A stretch of 64,000 bases of DNA, from NCBI GenBank assembly GCA_964016885.1, contig OZ024743.1, positions 53,940,001 through 54,004,000 of the forward strand. The letters are read 5' to 3'. The DNA is from Eledone cirrhosa (Eukaryota). Position numbers and translations under genes: made by a program. The notes beneath the pieces were generated by a model. The model was not told where the DNA came from, did no database searches, and worked only from the letters and a program-made list of their open reading frames with translations. This document shows positions 12,830 through 27,489 of this stretch, piece after piece (position 1 is the stretch's first letter; every line of letters starts with the position of its first letter).

Positions 12830-13639
12830 GCGCACACTCACACACACCACACCACACACACACACACCACACCACACCACACACACACTCATACCCCCCC
12901 CCCCGTATGTATATATATACATATATATATATCGAATCGATCGGCAAGAACGCCTGGCTGAAAGAGCAACATGAAAAAAAAGTATCTTGCTGAACAACAT
13001 AACACATCGCCCGGTCTGGTAATTCACTCTGCAACCTCACGATTGTGAATCCAATTCTCTAACCACTAAACCAAGGAAAGACCAATAGAAAACATAATTT
13101 TCTTTGTCCGACCTGTCTGTCGACCCCATTCGCTTACCCAGTAGGGTAAAAGTCATCAAATCGGACCAAGAAAACAATGTTTTCATTGGTTTCTCCGTTG
13201 CTGATATTATCTACCGTTCGCAGCTCCTCGTAGAATGAACAACGTGAGATAAAATGTTTTGCTCAAAGACATATCGCATCACCCGGTCCAGAAATCGAAC
13301 TCGCAACTTCAATTATTTAACCACTATGATACATGCCTTCATATATTTTTTTGTTGGATCACCAATCTGAAGAGAAGATCGATAATGGAGACGGGTCCAT
13401 AACTTCTATGAGTCACCCCGAGCCTATTTTCTGCGAAACGCGCATAACAAGTCGATACACAATTTAAAAAAAAAAGTTAATTCCAAATAAACGAAACTTC
13501 ATCGTTTTTCTTAATATATACACTCTGCCTGTGTATTGAGTGCTCGTTTTGGTACCACCATCAGTAATTCACTGAATCTCATACACTACACATACACACA
13601 CACACACATATATATATATACAAATGTTATTAGCATACA

Positions 13640-13960
13640 GATCATCCAATCTTTTGGTGGTTTTTCTGTTTTCCATACTATGTTAATTATGTGTAACATA
13701 ATATAAACCATGCTCTCCCTGCTTTCATAATTTCATCCATCGCTGATGGCATCCATACCAGCGGCTTTATTGCATTTCCATTCGTTTCAATGCTCTTTTC
13801 GTTTCTTCTGTTGTTATATCTGCATGAGTATCCATATCAGATGGACCAACCGAGATCCCTGATATTGCTTCCGGGTTGTGAGGGAATTCACTGCTAAGAT
13901 AGATGTTCATAGGCAATAATCTTTCCAGCATTGAAATACTTCAGTGCTGTGTTTGTATGT
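13640..13960 (-). pseudogene. Old RTE-type LINE RT N-terminal fragment
   Basis: Frameshifted reading ITTEETKRALKRM..NKAAGMD...IVWKTEKPPKDW. Confidence 0.5.
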
Positions 13961-14002
13961 TATGCTATCATCTTTATATTTGTTTGTATTATATATACAT
14001 AC

Positions 14003-14162
14003 AGAGAGATAGACGTCGTTTCAAACGTTACCGAGTGCTAACGATTTATTCTTATTTCCCTTGTGTTCTCTACATCTATGTCTATCTATACTTAGATGTG
14101 TACACAAGGGAAATAAGAATAAAACGTTAGCACCAGGTAACGTTTGAAACGACATCTCTTTC
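14003..14162. repeat. Short foldback (~65-bp arms)
   Basis: gtcgtttcaaacgttacc..ttatttcccttgtg versus cacaagggaaataag..ggtaacgtttgaaacgac. Confidence 0.7.
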
Positions 14163-17100
14163 TCTCTCTATCTAAATAGTTTTAAAATATATATAAAAGG
14201 AAACATATAAAGTTCCCAGAAATATATTTATTATATGAGTTGCTGTCAAAAGTGAAGCGTTTTGGCATTGTTAAATGTTATCAGATCGTTTGGTCTGATT
14301 GAGAAGCTACGTAAATAGGAGTTGTTTAATGTAAGATATGGTTGTTTGCAGAAAGATGTTGATTGGTTTGCAAGTGAAAGAGCTACGGTTATCAGTTAAG
14401 AAAATATAAAGTGTATACAATAAATAACAAGACCTCAAATGACATTTGAATTAGTAGGTTGAGTTTTAACAGTATTTTTTATGTGTGTTTTCTCTTTTGT
14501 TCTGTTTTTTCAACACGTGTGCATGAAGAAAGACTTATGATAGAATTTGATATCTGTGATAAAAGATACGGTAGTATTTCAAATGAACGGATTGTCAGTT
14601 TTGGATGTTTTGTTTGTATATTTCTTTCGTTTTGTTTTGTTTGTGGGCTTCCACTCTCTTCTTGTGAAACACAGAGATAGATGTATTTTTGCCCAAATTA
14701 TTTTATTTCTCGAGTCCATCTGCTGCTAACATAGTGGGGAAATATGTTAATAAATCTTGATATATGAGACTTAAACTGATGACCATGGGGAGTAGATAGA
14801 GTTCAGAGTCACTGAAAAGATGATGATTATATTTGTTTTCACTGCTCTGGATAGGGTGGAGAGAAAACTGATAGTCTTGATATCTACAAAGGTCAAACAT
14901 TTCAAAAAGGTCATTGTTTGTATAGATTGGACAAATTTGCCCGCTTACATGAAGTTAACAACGGTTTAGAAAACAGGAAATATCAGTAGGACCATTTAAA
15001 TATTTCAATGTTGTTGTCAAGAGATGTGGCAGATTTCCCTAATGGAATCAGTGCAAAGATAAAAAAATATAACGGAAACGGAAATATAAGCAAACAGAAG
15101 ATTCGTATAAGGGAGGTGGGTGGCTTAGTGTTTTTGGGTATTGGTCTCACAATCGTGAAGTCATGGGTTCGATTCACGCACCGGACGGCGCGTTCTGTTT
15201 TTCAGCAAGACACATTGTTTCACGTTGTTCCAGCCCGCACAGCTAAAGGAAATGAGTTACAACGGTACTGGAACCAAACTGTACCGACCTTTACCCATCA
15301 CTATATAGTACATACAGTGTATATATGACACAGGTGCCACTGTATCAGCTTTTCCTTTTTATTTGAACAACATTGGTGGTATAGTGAGAAGAGACTGCTG
15401 GTATCCCACAAAACACATTTCCCCGGCTTGTGCCTTGGAGAAGAAGTATCCATGTATAAACACAGTCAGTCATGACTAAAGAGGGCCTTAAAGGTTATAT
15501 ACATACATACACATGAATGAGAGTGACATGTACATATATATGGCGAGTGAGAATTGTATCATTACCGAATACTAGGTATTAGATTCCTTTACATAACACT
15601 GCTAGCACTGTTAGTGGGGTATCTTTGTTTCTTTAGTAATACATGACATATTTTAAAATCATTTTCAAAACACTGTGTATCGGAATTTAAAATGTGTTTA
15701 AATATATGTTGGACCACCATTGATTTCGACGAAGAGTGATCCATTTGTTTGATCAACGGAACTGCCTACTTGTGAAATGAATATACAAGTGGTTGAAAAT
15801 TCAACAGACATGTGTGACCTTAACGTAATTCTTACGGAGAATCAGTATGACACAGAGATGAGACAAGGCTGGCCTTTTGAATTACAGGTACAACTAATTT
15901 TTGCTAGTTGAGTGGATTGGTCTTACGTGAAAATAAAGTGTCTTCCTCAAGGACACAACAATTTACCGGACATGGAACACTCACCTTTACGATCGTCAGC
16001 AGAACAGCCTAACCATTAAGGTTGCTCCCTATGATTTAAATGTAGGAGACGGGAGATAAATATATAGAATATATATAGGGTATATAACTGGATATATTAG
16101 TGAAATGTATCAGCAACATAGTGATAAAACGTGTGCATGAAGTCACGGCTATGATTTAAAGAATCGAATGGAACCCCGTCGATTTTAACGATGAGTGTTT
16201 CACGTGACAGAGCATTCCAGAAACACATTCACTCTTAAAGGGAATTCAGCATGACAAAATGTGTGACTAGGCTGGCCCTTTGAATAACAGGTTCAATTCA
16301 TTCGATGGAGTTGCTAACAGTTCCAATCTAACCAATTTCACTCACAAGACACAGATCAACACAAGGCTATGGTAAAAGACATTTGCCAAAGTTGTTACGC
16401 AGTAGGATCGGAGAAACGCCTTCTCCATTCTGTCCGCCGGGGCTGTGGGTGGGCCCCATCGCGTACCAATACATTAGTTAAATACCATTCTTTCATCTGA
16501 TACAACACAATAAAGACTAAAGTGTTTAAAAAAAAAAAAAAATTGATGTTGAAGTAAAAAAAAAAAAAAAAAATTATATCCCCTTTTGATATTTCATAGG
16601 AACTCTGCGTACAAAATCAAATCAAAACTATATTTTAAAGAAAAAAAACCTGCTTTGGGTGAACCATTCATTCTCCCCTGCTACTGTATTTGTGACCATA
16701 TCAATGGAAAAATACCTGATAAATGTTCATAGTTGTAGTTGTTTGAGAGCCAGTTGTCTACAGAATACATACAGTGTACAATGGATAGTCTAGTGAGTTA
16801 GTACATTCATATCAGCAGCGGTATAATATATGAATAAGTCACGGCTTTGATGTAAAGATGCCGACCATCTAACTGTTGATCAGTTCGACATGTGGGTTTT
16901 GTGGCAAAGTCACACTCCTATCATGTGTCACACAGAGCAGTTGTCATCTAATGTCATGCGCTGTTTACTTACAGCAAAGAGACCAATTATATGTTTGAAT
17001 AAATGATTTTATTCTTTCGTGTTTATGAGTGCATGGAGGGAAGGAAACCATAAAAACTAATCTGAGATAGATAGATGTTGTGTAAGTGTGAGTATTTTAT

Positions 17101-17441
17101 TTTAACAAGGTTCTGAGTGCATGGAGGGGGAAAAACCATGAGAGAGAGAGAAAGAAAGGAAGATAGAGAAGAGATATAGGAGGCGTGGGTAGAGAAAAAG
17201 GACGGAGAGATATATTGAGAGATAGAAAGGAGAGGGGTATAGGATAGAGAAACAAGAAGGAGCAGAAAGAGAGGAAGAGAAAGCGAATGAGAAAGAGGTG
17301 AGAGGGAGAAAGGGAGATAGATTGTGTATGCGTAGGTATTGTGTGCGTGCGTGTATGTGTGTATATATATATGTGTGTGTATAACATATATATACAGTGA
17401 CGAAACATAAATCAATTGCATGAACTCATAATCCTTTATTT

Positions 17442-17497
17442 ACTGCTATATATATTTCGATGATAACCATTGAATGGCTATGACCTCATCAGGCAGT
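17442..17497 (-). ncRNA. Type I hammerhead
   Basis: Minus strand actgc-CTGATGA-ggtcatagccattcaatggttatcatc-GAAA-tatata-TA-gcagt. Confidence 0.7.
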
Positions 17498-17589
17498 TAG
17501 TCAGTTCTTAGATATGCCAGCTCTGTGTTTATGGTGTTGATGGTATCAGAGCCTTGGGACATATGTATCTATATATATATATATATATA

Positions 17590-18382
17590 TACAGGAAAAA
17601 GTATGTCTCATCCTATCACTTCCTTCCACCCCCTATTTTCTTCCTCGTCTGCTTTTCCCCTTTCGCCTACCCCGATGCAGCCCATCAGGCCTCTGTAGCA
17701 TCAATTCCCCCACCCCTGTAATTTTAAGATAGAATTGACCGAATACGTTTTACTAACTACTTATAGCAGACGTGTTAAACCGCTTTTATTTTTGTATCAG
17801 TTTTGGTACTACTCAATTTCTACAAGTTTTTTCTATTCTCAACTTATTAACCTGTAATTGTAAGATAGCATTGTGATTTTTTTTTTAAATTCATTTCTCA
17901 CTATCTAATTTTATATATTTTTTTAATTTCTTTCTATTATCTTTTATTCTCTTCTACTCTCATTCGAATTACCTATTCTATAACCTCCCTCCTCCATTTC
18001 ATACACTATCCTTAGAATCTGCTGTATACATATCACTTTCAACGCTTGACCGGCTCCACTCACTCCCCTATTGTTCTACAGGCAAGTTCAGCCACCCCTA
18101 CCTCCCACCAAATGCCATGATAGACTTATTTGTGTTTACAACAAATTTTAACCAATACTCTTGACAACTAAAATCTTCCCATATAAGGAAGTACCCCCTT
18201 GACAAGTTCGGCTATTTATTCACCGGGCTAAAAATTCTAATTTAGTCCAGAAATAGCCGTCGAAACAGCTTGAGCTCTGCCGTCGGGGTCATACTTTTTC
18301 CTATTTCCCACTCTACTACCCTAAGTATTGAGTACTCTGGTGCGTTATGGTCCATCTGGCTGCTTACCGCATTTCCTTTGTT
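17590..18382 (+). mobile_element. (TA)n-flanked non-coding element; longest copy of the foldback family also at 30771-30907, 35724-35927 and 38552-38745
   Basis: Shared ~140-bp end (gccgtcggggtc...tattgagtact...ggtccatctgg); short inverted copy of part of it at 17591. Confidence 0.6.
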
Positions 18383-18591
18383 ATATATATATATATATAT
18401 ATACATGAGTGTGTTGGTGTGCGTGTTTTATTTTCTTGTGTGTGTGTGTTTGTGTGTGACTTTGAGTATGAGAGAGTATGGGTGTATGTAAGAGTATGTA
18501 CAGTAGATGTGTGCGTATATGTGTGCATGTGTTAAAGTGTACAGTTACTGCTCTCTGTGTGTACTACGAAAAATAAAAGGTATAGGTGGGC

Positions 18592-18645
<54 letters not shown>

Positions 18646-19134
18646 TTATGGTTCACGAAAGAGAGAAAAGAGCGCTCAATACCGAAGTAGAGTTTAAATA
18701 TTAATAAGACACACTACTTAGCCATAATAAACGAATATATATATATATGTATATGTGTGTGTGTGTGAGAGAGAGAGAGAGTGAGAGAGTACATAAACAT
18801 CTGTCTCTCTCTCTTTCACTCTCTGTAAACGTATGTATTAGCTACTACTTAAGCAATCATCTCAAGACATAATTTCTTGCGCCAGTAACTTTCCATTCTT
18901 CCTCTTGGCATATTTATGGTCCACCAATTGTGCCATTAAGAATACCTGTATGACTGCTTTAAGTTCCTTTATATTAATCAATGGTGCTTGTCATTTGCTT
19001 TTCAAATATATATTTAATGTCGCTAAAAATGAAAACGCTTTTTACACTTCGAAGATAAAGCCATTGTATGTACAAATTTATATATATATATATATATATA
19101 TAGTGAAAATTTGAACGGGAACAAAAACAGAGAG

Positions 19135-19231
<97 letters not shown>

Positions 19232-19356
19232 AATATATATACATACGCATACACACATATGTATGTGGGTGATTTATATATATATATATATTTACATTCA
19301 TACATCCCACATATACATATATATATATATGTATACAATTATGTGTGTGTGTATGC

Positions 19357-19396
<40 letters not shown>

Positions 19397-19445
19397 TAAT
19401 AAAATAATGAATAAACAAAGAAACAGTTCCTTATATTAAAAAAAT

Positions 19446-19587
19446 TCATCATTTTACGATCGTTTCTAGGATATATATGTGTTAGAGTTGGTATGCATAT
19501 TCTATAGATCTATGTACAATATTTATACAAACTATCAGAGGGAATATACATACCTACACATATATATGCTGTCTTCAGAAATAATGA
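19446..19587 (-). ncRNA. Type I hammerhead with ~105-nt stem II at the PLE 3' end
   Basis: tcattattt-CTGAAGA-[long hairpin]-GAAA-cgatcg-TA-aaatgatga. Confidence 0.65.
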
Positions 19588-20209
19588 TATTTGTTTATTG
19601 AAAAAAACAAAGATTCAATACAATAGGTCTGTTTGGGAACAGGTTTTGAATTGACCAATAGAGAGATAGTGAGGGTCAGGATAGTAATATAGTAGTAGAA
19701 GAACCTTAAATTATGGGTAGAGGAAGGTAGATTTCAGTGTTGGATGGAAAAGAATATTATGAATGAAGGATTATTTTAGGGAAGAAATAGGTCTTATGCT
19801 GACCTCAGAAATAATTTTATTTGTTCATTGAATTAAACCAACAAAGATCTAATATATTCTGTCTGTTTGGTAAGAGGTTTAGAATTAACCAATAGAAAGT
19901 TAATAATTGGCCAAATGGTAAAATAGTAGTAATTGAAGCTTATTTTAGGGGTGAAAATAGGTCAGGTGGTCAATAAAAGGTATACAAGCAGTTGCTGTTA
20001 TAAAATAGTAATGCCAGTACAAATATCTAAGGTATTAAGATAAGAATGTTAGTGAAAAAAATACATCTATGAAAAGAATATAAATTAATTTAATTGATGG
20101 GTATATTTATATTGATAAAATTATACTAATACATATAGATATGATAAATAAGAGTTAGATGCAGTTGAAAAGTGCTGTTAAAGATGAGGGGAAATTAAAA
20201 GAATATAAA

Positions 20210-20262
<53 letters not shown>

Positions 20263-20276
20263 CATACACACACACT

Positions 20277-20937
20277 ATAATTTTCTTATTTTACGTCTCT
20301 CATATTATTGTTCTGCAACCCCATGCATTGAACCACATTGTTAATAAGACAAAACCTATATATTTGCTAGCATTGATATGCATCTGTGTGTATATAAATG
20401 TTACTAGATATAAATTCCTTATAATTATCTCCAATTCATTTGTCGAGCAATATTTGGCCATGACTGCTACTATGGTAGTAAGCTAGCCGCTGTCTTAATA
20501 ACCACTCGCTTTCCACTGATTGACCTCGATGTCACGTGATTGATTCTTTTTGAATTTGCCACGGACGTGGCAGTGATTTTCTCAATGGCTTGGAATCCAG
20601 TCCACGCATCGCTATTTCCATTCCACTGAATTATTTTTTTAATAAGTTTCCAGTGTCCTCGCTATGCCTGGAGACCTATACGGAAAAAACTTTCCTGATG
20701 ACGGAATGATTTTCTATAAATTTCTTCGGAAAATATATTTACTCCATTCCAGAAACTAATTAGTTGGAAGTGATTTTTTAGTAAGTAAGTTAATTTTATA
20801 ATTTTCTTATTTTACGTCTCTCATATTATTGTTCTGCAACCCCATGCATTGAACCACATTGTTAATAAGACAAAACCTATATATTTGCTAGCATTGATAT
20901 GCATCTGTGTGTATATAAATGTTACTAGATATAAATT

Positions 20938-20941
<4 letters not shown>
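20277..20941 (+). mobile_element. ~521-bp partial-tandem HHR repeat (copy 2), inserted in the microsatellite of the left PLE arm
   Basis: 20281 repeated at 20802; homologous to 2301-2872; absent from the right arm. Confidence 0.78.
20689..20771 (+). ncRNA. Type I hammerhead with long stem II
   Basis: actttc-CTGATGA-c-ggaatg...cattcc-a-GAAA-ctaattag-TT-ggaagt. Confidence 0.75.
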
Positions 20942-21012
<71 letters not shown>

Positions 21013-21021
21013 CATACACAT

Positions 21022-21070
<49 letters not shown>

Positions 21071-21492
21071 GATATATACATGCACACATACATACATACA
21101 CATATATATAGACACACATATACACTTATATATACATATAATTATTGGGGGGGGGGGGGATTAAATTTATTAGTGAGAAATAGTAAATATATATAGTTTT
21201 CAAGGAACATAGAGTCATAACCTGAAGTTAAAGCATTATATATGTTTACTTAATGGTATCAGTTTTAGGAAATGATATTTGTAAGAAGGAAAGCAAAATT
21301 ATGTAGTTCATCAGTAGTAGAATATTAATTATAGGTTAACTAAATTAAAAATAGTATTATATTAATTTCTAAAGTGTATATTAATTAGGTTTATAATTTT
21401 TAAAGCAGAATTATGTAGTTCATCAGTAGTAGAATATTAATTATAGGTTAACTAAATTAAAATCAATTATAAATTAATTTCTAAAGTGTATA

Positions 21493-23436
21493 TTAATTAG
21501 GTTTATAATATTTAAAGGTTTTTCTCAGTTTATGATTACACGATATTATTAATTCCTGTCGCTTATTTAATAGGATATCCTTAGATTTCATTATTTCAAA
21601 AAGTTCTTGGGAACATAATCTATATTTATTTCTACTATTTTGATCAGGGGTGGCCCTTTTGAGCACACTCCAGGTCAGGTCATATTCTATATTCCTCTTT
21701 CTATAACCATTTATTATTTCAGCTAGAGATGTTGTATTAGCTAGTGCGGCATTTTTAAAACTATGCTTGTGGGTATTAAATCTTACCTTAAATTTGTTAG
21801 AGGTAGCTCCTATATATGAATAAATTGAGTCCTTAGTGTTAACTTTACATTTATATACTATGTTATTAACAAGGCAATTTCCTTTTAATGGACAGTTTGC
21901 CTTGTTTCTACAGTTACAACTTTTCGTGAATCCTGTATCTGAGGAGATATTATGGTTAGTTTGATGTACTGGTGGTATACTCATGGTTATTTTACATTAT
22001 ATGCATTATAGGCACTTATATTTTGTTTTATGTTTTTGGTTGTTGAGTAGGAGAATTTAACCGTTGATCTATTTAAGATTTGATGATATTTGTGGTTTGG
22101 CGGGAAGTTTTTCTCTAGGATATTAAAGAACTTTTTAGGTATATTATCCTTAATTTGTAAATTAAATGGAGCATTATACCAAGTAACTCGTCTATTACGG
22201 TTTCGAAGTTGTTTATTGTTTTTATAGGATGCATCCTGATGTTTATTAAGAGAATTATTGTTAATGACCTCACCACACACATTTTTAGTTAGATTTATTG
22301 ATTTATGTGTTTTAGCTTGTTTATTAGGAGTTTTATTATTAACATTTATTAGAGTTGTAGGATGAGTAGTTTTTTGAGAGTTACTATACTGTATATTAGA
22401 AGAGTTAGAGAAATTTGGTTTTATGTTGGTGTTTTGGGGTATAGTGTGAGTGGCATTTAGGTGTGTATGTTTCATTTGGTGTTTGTTGGTAATATTAGGT
22501 TGTATGTTTGTAGTGTTATTGGTAGAAGGTATATATACTAATCTATTTTTGTGGCCACTTCTAGCTAGAGCTTCGTTATAAAAGGTCGCATTTTTATCAA
22601 ATACATCTTGGTTAGACGAACGGTTAGAAATTCTAAGTGATATATTATATGCAAGGTTTTTAAGGATAGATTTAGGGTGATTAGATTGTGAGTGTATGTA
22701 GTGTAAATTTTGGTTGGGTTTATGGTAAAGTTGGTAGATAAGTCTAATGTTATATCTAGGAAATTAACTTCTTTACTTGTGTTTTCAAAAGTAATATCTA
22801 GACTATAATAGTCTTTGAGGAAAGTTCTAATAAGCTTTTTATTTTTTTCTATCTCTGAGAGGCTAAGGTTATTGGAAAGAAGAAGACAGTCGTCACGATA
22901 TAAACCACCTTTAAGGTGGGGAAAAGAAGCATTTATGTTAAAAAGAAGAAAGAGGCCCACAAGATCAGTGATTTGGGCAGAATCGCTTGAGCCCATAGTA
23001 ATATCGAATAGATTACTATATGTGTTTCTGGTCCAGTATTCATTCTGAAATTCCAATAGTGTTAGTCTAGCATGTGTAATAATATTAATGTCATCCAAAA
23101 TTAAGTTAGATCTATTTTTAGCAAATATCAACGCTTTGTTAAGGAGTATAGGTGATATAGAAGAAGAAGAATTATCTATATCAAATTGTAGAAATGAAGC
23201 AGAGGATTTATTTCTAATATTATTAAACCAGTTAATTTCCTGGGATATGTTTTCCCAGAGTGGTAAATTAACATGTTTTCTTAGTTGTGGGATGACTCTA
23301 TCTAAATTTTTTTTACTAATTATTCCAATATCAGATTTGGAAGGGCATATAAGCCTTATAGAAGGATTAGAGTTAAAATTTGATTTATGATCTTTCAGGT
23401 TGAAGTGTGGTCTTTTCAATGCCAAAGGTTCAGTTC
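21493..23436 (-). pseudogene. PLE RT plus GIY-YIG (YRDD type), broken into three ORFs
   Basis: LKDHK, FLQFDI, FDITMGSSDSAQ, GGLYRDD, WYNAPF, CNC-x5-CPLKGNC, IVY..YIGAT. Confidence 0.88.
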
Positions 23437-23994
23437 TAGAAATGAATGTAGATTATGTTCCCAAGAACTTTTTGAAATAATGAAATCTAAGGATATCCTA
23501 TTAAATAAGCGACAGGAATTAATAATATCGTGTAATCATAAACTGAGAAAAACCTTTAAATATTATAAACCTAATTAATATACACTTTAGAAATTAATTT
23601 ATAATTGATTTTAATTTAGTTAACCTATAATTAATATTCTACTACTGATGAACTACATAATTCTGCTTTAAAAATTATAAACCTAATTAATATACACTTT
23701 AGAAATTAATATAATACTATTTTTAATTTAGTTAACCTATAATTAATATTCTACTACTGATGAACTACATAATTTTGCTTTCCTTCTTACAAATATCATT
23801 TCCTAAAACTGATACCATTAAGTAAACATATATAATGCTTTAACTTCAGGTTATGACTCTATGTTCCTTGAAAACTATATATATTTACTATTTCTCACTA
23901 ATAAATTTAATCCCCCCCCCAATAATTATATGTATATATAAGTGTATATGTGTGTCTATATATATGTGTATGTATGTATGTGTGCATGTATATA

Positions 23995-24057
<63 letters not shown>

Positions 24058-24062
24058 ATGTG

Positions 24063-24103
<41 letters not shown>

Positions 24104-24155
24104 ATGTGTGTGTGTGTATGTGTATATGTGTGTGTATATATATATATGTGTGTGG

Positions 24156-24229
<74 letters not shown>

Positions 24230-24898
24230 AAGTATATATATATATATATATTATTTTTATATTCTTTTAATTTCCCCTCATCTTTAACAGCACTTTTCAA
24301 CTGCATCTAACTCTTATTTATCATATCTATATGTATTAGTATAATTTTATCAATATAAATATACCCATCAATTAAATTAATTCATATTCTTTTCATAGAT
24401 GTATTTTTTTCACTAACATTCTTATCTTAAAACTTTAGTCACCTTAGATATTTGTACTGGCATTACTATTTTATAACAACAACTGCTTGTATACCTTTTA
24501 TTGACCACCTGACCTATTTTCACCCCTAAAATAAGCTTCAATTACTACTATTTTACCATTTGGCCAATTATTAACTTTCTATTGGTTAATTCTAAACCTC
24601 TTACCAAACAGACAGAATATATTAGATCTTTGTTGGTTTAATTCAATGAACAAATAAAATTATTTCTGAGGTCAGCATAAGACCTATTTCTTCCCTAAAA
24701 TAATCCTTCATTCATAATATTCTTTTCCATCCAAAACTGAAATCTACCTTCCTCTACCCATAATTTAAGGTTCTTCTACTACTATATTACTATCCTGACC
24801 CTCACTATCTCTCTATTGGTCAATTCAAAACCTGTTCCCAAACAGACCTATTGTATTGAATCTTTGTTTTTTTTCAATAAACAAATATCATTATTTCT

Positions 24899-25068
24899 AG
24901 TATCGGTGGAGGGTTGGACGCCATGCTTTCTAGCATAGTTACGTCCCTTTACGATCTGAGTTCAAATCCTGCCGAGGTTGACTTTGCCTTTCATCCTTAC
25001 GGGGTCGATAAAATAAAGTACCAGTAATGCACTGGGTAATTGCTGGCCTTGTGCCTAAAGTAGAAACA
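24899..25068 (+). mobile_element. tRNA-derived SINE with 9-bp TSD attatttct
   Basis: TSD at 24890-24898 and 25069-25077; empty site in the left arm near 19577-19585. Confidence 0.88.
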
Positions 25069-25208
25069 ATTATTTCTGAAGACAGCATATATATGTGTAG
25101 GTATGTATATTCCCTCTGATAGTTTGTATAAATATTGTACATAGATCTATAGAATATGCATACCAACTCTAACACATATATATCCTAGAAACGATCGTAA
25201 AATGATGA
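25069..25208 (+). ncRNA. Hammerhead with long stem II (inverted pLTR copy)
   Basis: Mirror of 19446-19587; the outer part of stem I is replaced by the SINE tail. Confidence 0.6.
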
Positions 25209-25899
25209 ATTTTTTTAATATAAGGAACTATTTCTTTGTTTATTCATTATTTTATTAATTTATCTTGACTCTGTTTTCCGTTTATTTTTCACCGAAAGTA
25301 GTTTTTGAATGCATCTTCTCTTTTCATGATATCCGGATTACATTGAGTTCTTCATACGGATTGGACACTACCGTAAACTTTTGGTAGATTTATCTATATA
25401 TATATATATATATATATAAATATATTTATGTATATATGTGTTTGCGTGTCTACATTAAGCATACATACACTTATTCATTTGATATTGCTATAGTTATTGA
25501 AAATTTCGACTAAATGCGTTCGTTAATTGAGAAATTATATAGGTTTTTATAAAGACTATGGACATATTTATCAGAAGTCTATGATTTAATAGAACCATTA
25601 TTAGTTATGCTATACAAACAAAGCTGTTAATATAAGCTGTAAAATACAAAAACATACCTGTAAAGTATTGATGTTAAGATACTTTATTTTGTCAAGGTAA
25701 CACCTGGGAGAAATTCAAAAGCGGTTTTATTTATAAATTGTTTTGTTGAAATGCCATTGTCTATGTTTGAATCCGTGACAATGTTAGAATATTTAATGTT
25801 TTACTTATTCATTGGATGTGATTAGTGATGTTAGTGATATTCTACAGTAACAAAGACTTATAAACTAGATCACAGCTACATTTCACATAGGGCAGACAT

Positions 25900-26620
25900 A
25901 CATCTCTCTCTCCCTCTCTCTCACATACATAAGTACATATACAAACTCATACACACTCACACATACACTCATACACATGCATACACACATATCCACACAC
26001 ACTCACTCACACACACACTCTCGCACGGATACACACACATACACAGACACCCATATACATACATATACACACACACACACACACAGACACACTCATACAC
26101 ACACACACACACACATAAACACACAAACACTTACTCACATACACACTCACACATTCACTCATACACACGCAAACACACATATCGACACACACACTCACAC
26201 ACAAACACACTCACTCAAACACTCACACATAGACTCATACACATGCATACATGCACACACACACACACATACACACACACTCACAAACGCACTCACTCAC
26301 ATACATCCAAACACACACACAAACAAATACCCACACTCATGCAACACACACACACACACAAATACGCACACTCCTCACGCACACACACACACACAAACTA
26401 ATACGCACACACTCATGCACACACACTCTCACATACACACACATGTACATACATACACACATATACACATACATACACACTCATACACACCTACAGCAAC
26501 AAAAACAGCAAATAAACCAGATCACAGCAAAGGAATTAGTTACTAAAACCTACAAACAACATACATAGTTTATACACACACACACACACACACACACGTG
26601 CGCGCACACACACACTGATA
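25900..26620. repeat. Degenerate (CA)n low-complexity tract
   Basis: CA-rich composition; His/Thr ORFs are artefacts. Confidence 0.9.
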
Positions 26621-26793
26621 ATCATATCCTTGTAATATACATAACATACACCACGAACACAACACAAGTACATACATTTCACAAAACAACCAACAAATGC
26701 ACTACTATCAAACTTCCCAAACATTAACATACACCACTAAAATAACATCACTACATACACGACACTCACATACTACAAATATAAATCAACATA

Positions 26794-27198
26794 CTGTCGG
26801 GTCTCGAATAATCGTCACCACCCCCGCTTATTAATTGTTCAGATTTTTCCACCACCACTTGCTCTTATTGCACTCCCAGCTTTTTCAATTTTGCCAATCT
26901 GTCTCAGGCGAAATTTTATTTTAAGGGGTAGCATTCCTATGACAATTGATTTTCTTTATACATTCAAAAACATTATACATGACAAAAAAAAAAAAATACA
27001 TTACTAGAAATCCCATACGTCTTAAAATAAATAGGGTGGGTTGGGGTCTCAATATGTAAGCTAAACGACTAATTCTGGTTTATTAAAACGATCAACAACC
27101 TAAAATAATTACCGATTTTCCACCCCCACCCCCGCTTATCCCTCCACATACCCCAATCCCTGCCACTTACCTCCCCCCTATTATTTGGGACCCGAGAT
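26794..27198. mobile_element. Non-autonomous DNA transposon (MITE-like)
   Basis: Imperfect TIR tcgggtctcgaataat / attatttgggacccga with TA flanks; internal ttttccacc repeats. Confidence 0.5.
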
Positions 27199-27489
27199 TA
27201 CATCATCAACATGGCAGTAGTACTCATATCTGACACAGTGAATCAGTACCAATATATTTCAAATTCTATCTACCAATATACACTAACATAAATATACTAT
27301 GAACATATAGCACTATTGTACACACCTGATAAACACAATAACCTACACAACCAAAATATAACATAAGCATTACACAGAGAGTTTCGCTCTCCATTTTGCG
27401 GTGATATTCTCAGTTGATTGAAGTTTTTATCCCAATTTTTTTTCTTATGTAAACAAAATTTTATATTTAATCAATTGTAAATAAACGCA

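Larger units (their letters stand above)
19391..25263 (-). mobile_element. 5'-truncated Hydra-like PLE with ~1.8-kb inverted pLTR copy
   Basis: 19391-21634 is the reverse complement of 23436-25263 apart from arm-specific insertions; coding remnant lies between. Confidence 0.88.

Noticed and set aside
23641-23775. Two CUGAUGA motifs in the 112-bp duplication
   Set aside because: No stem II, GAAA or stem I partner
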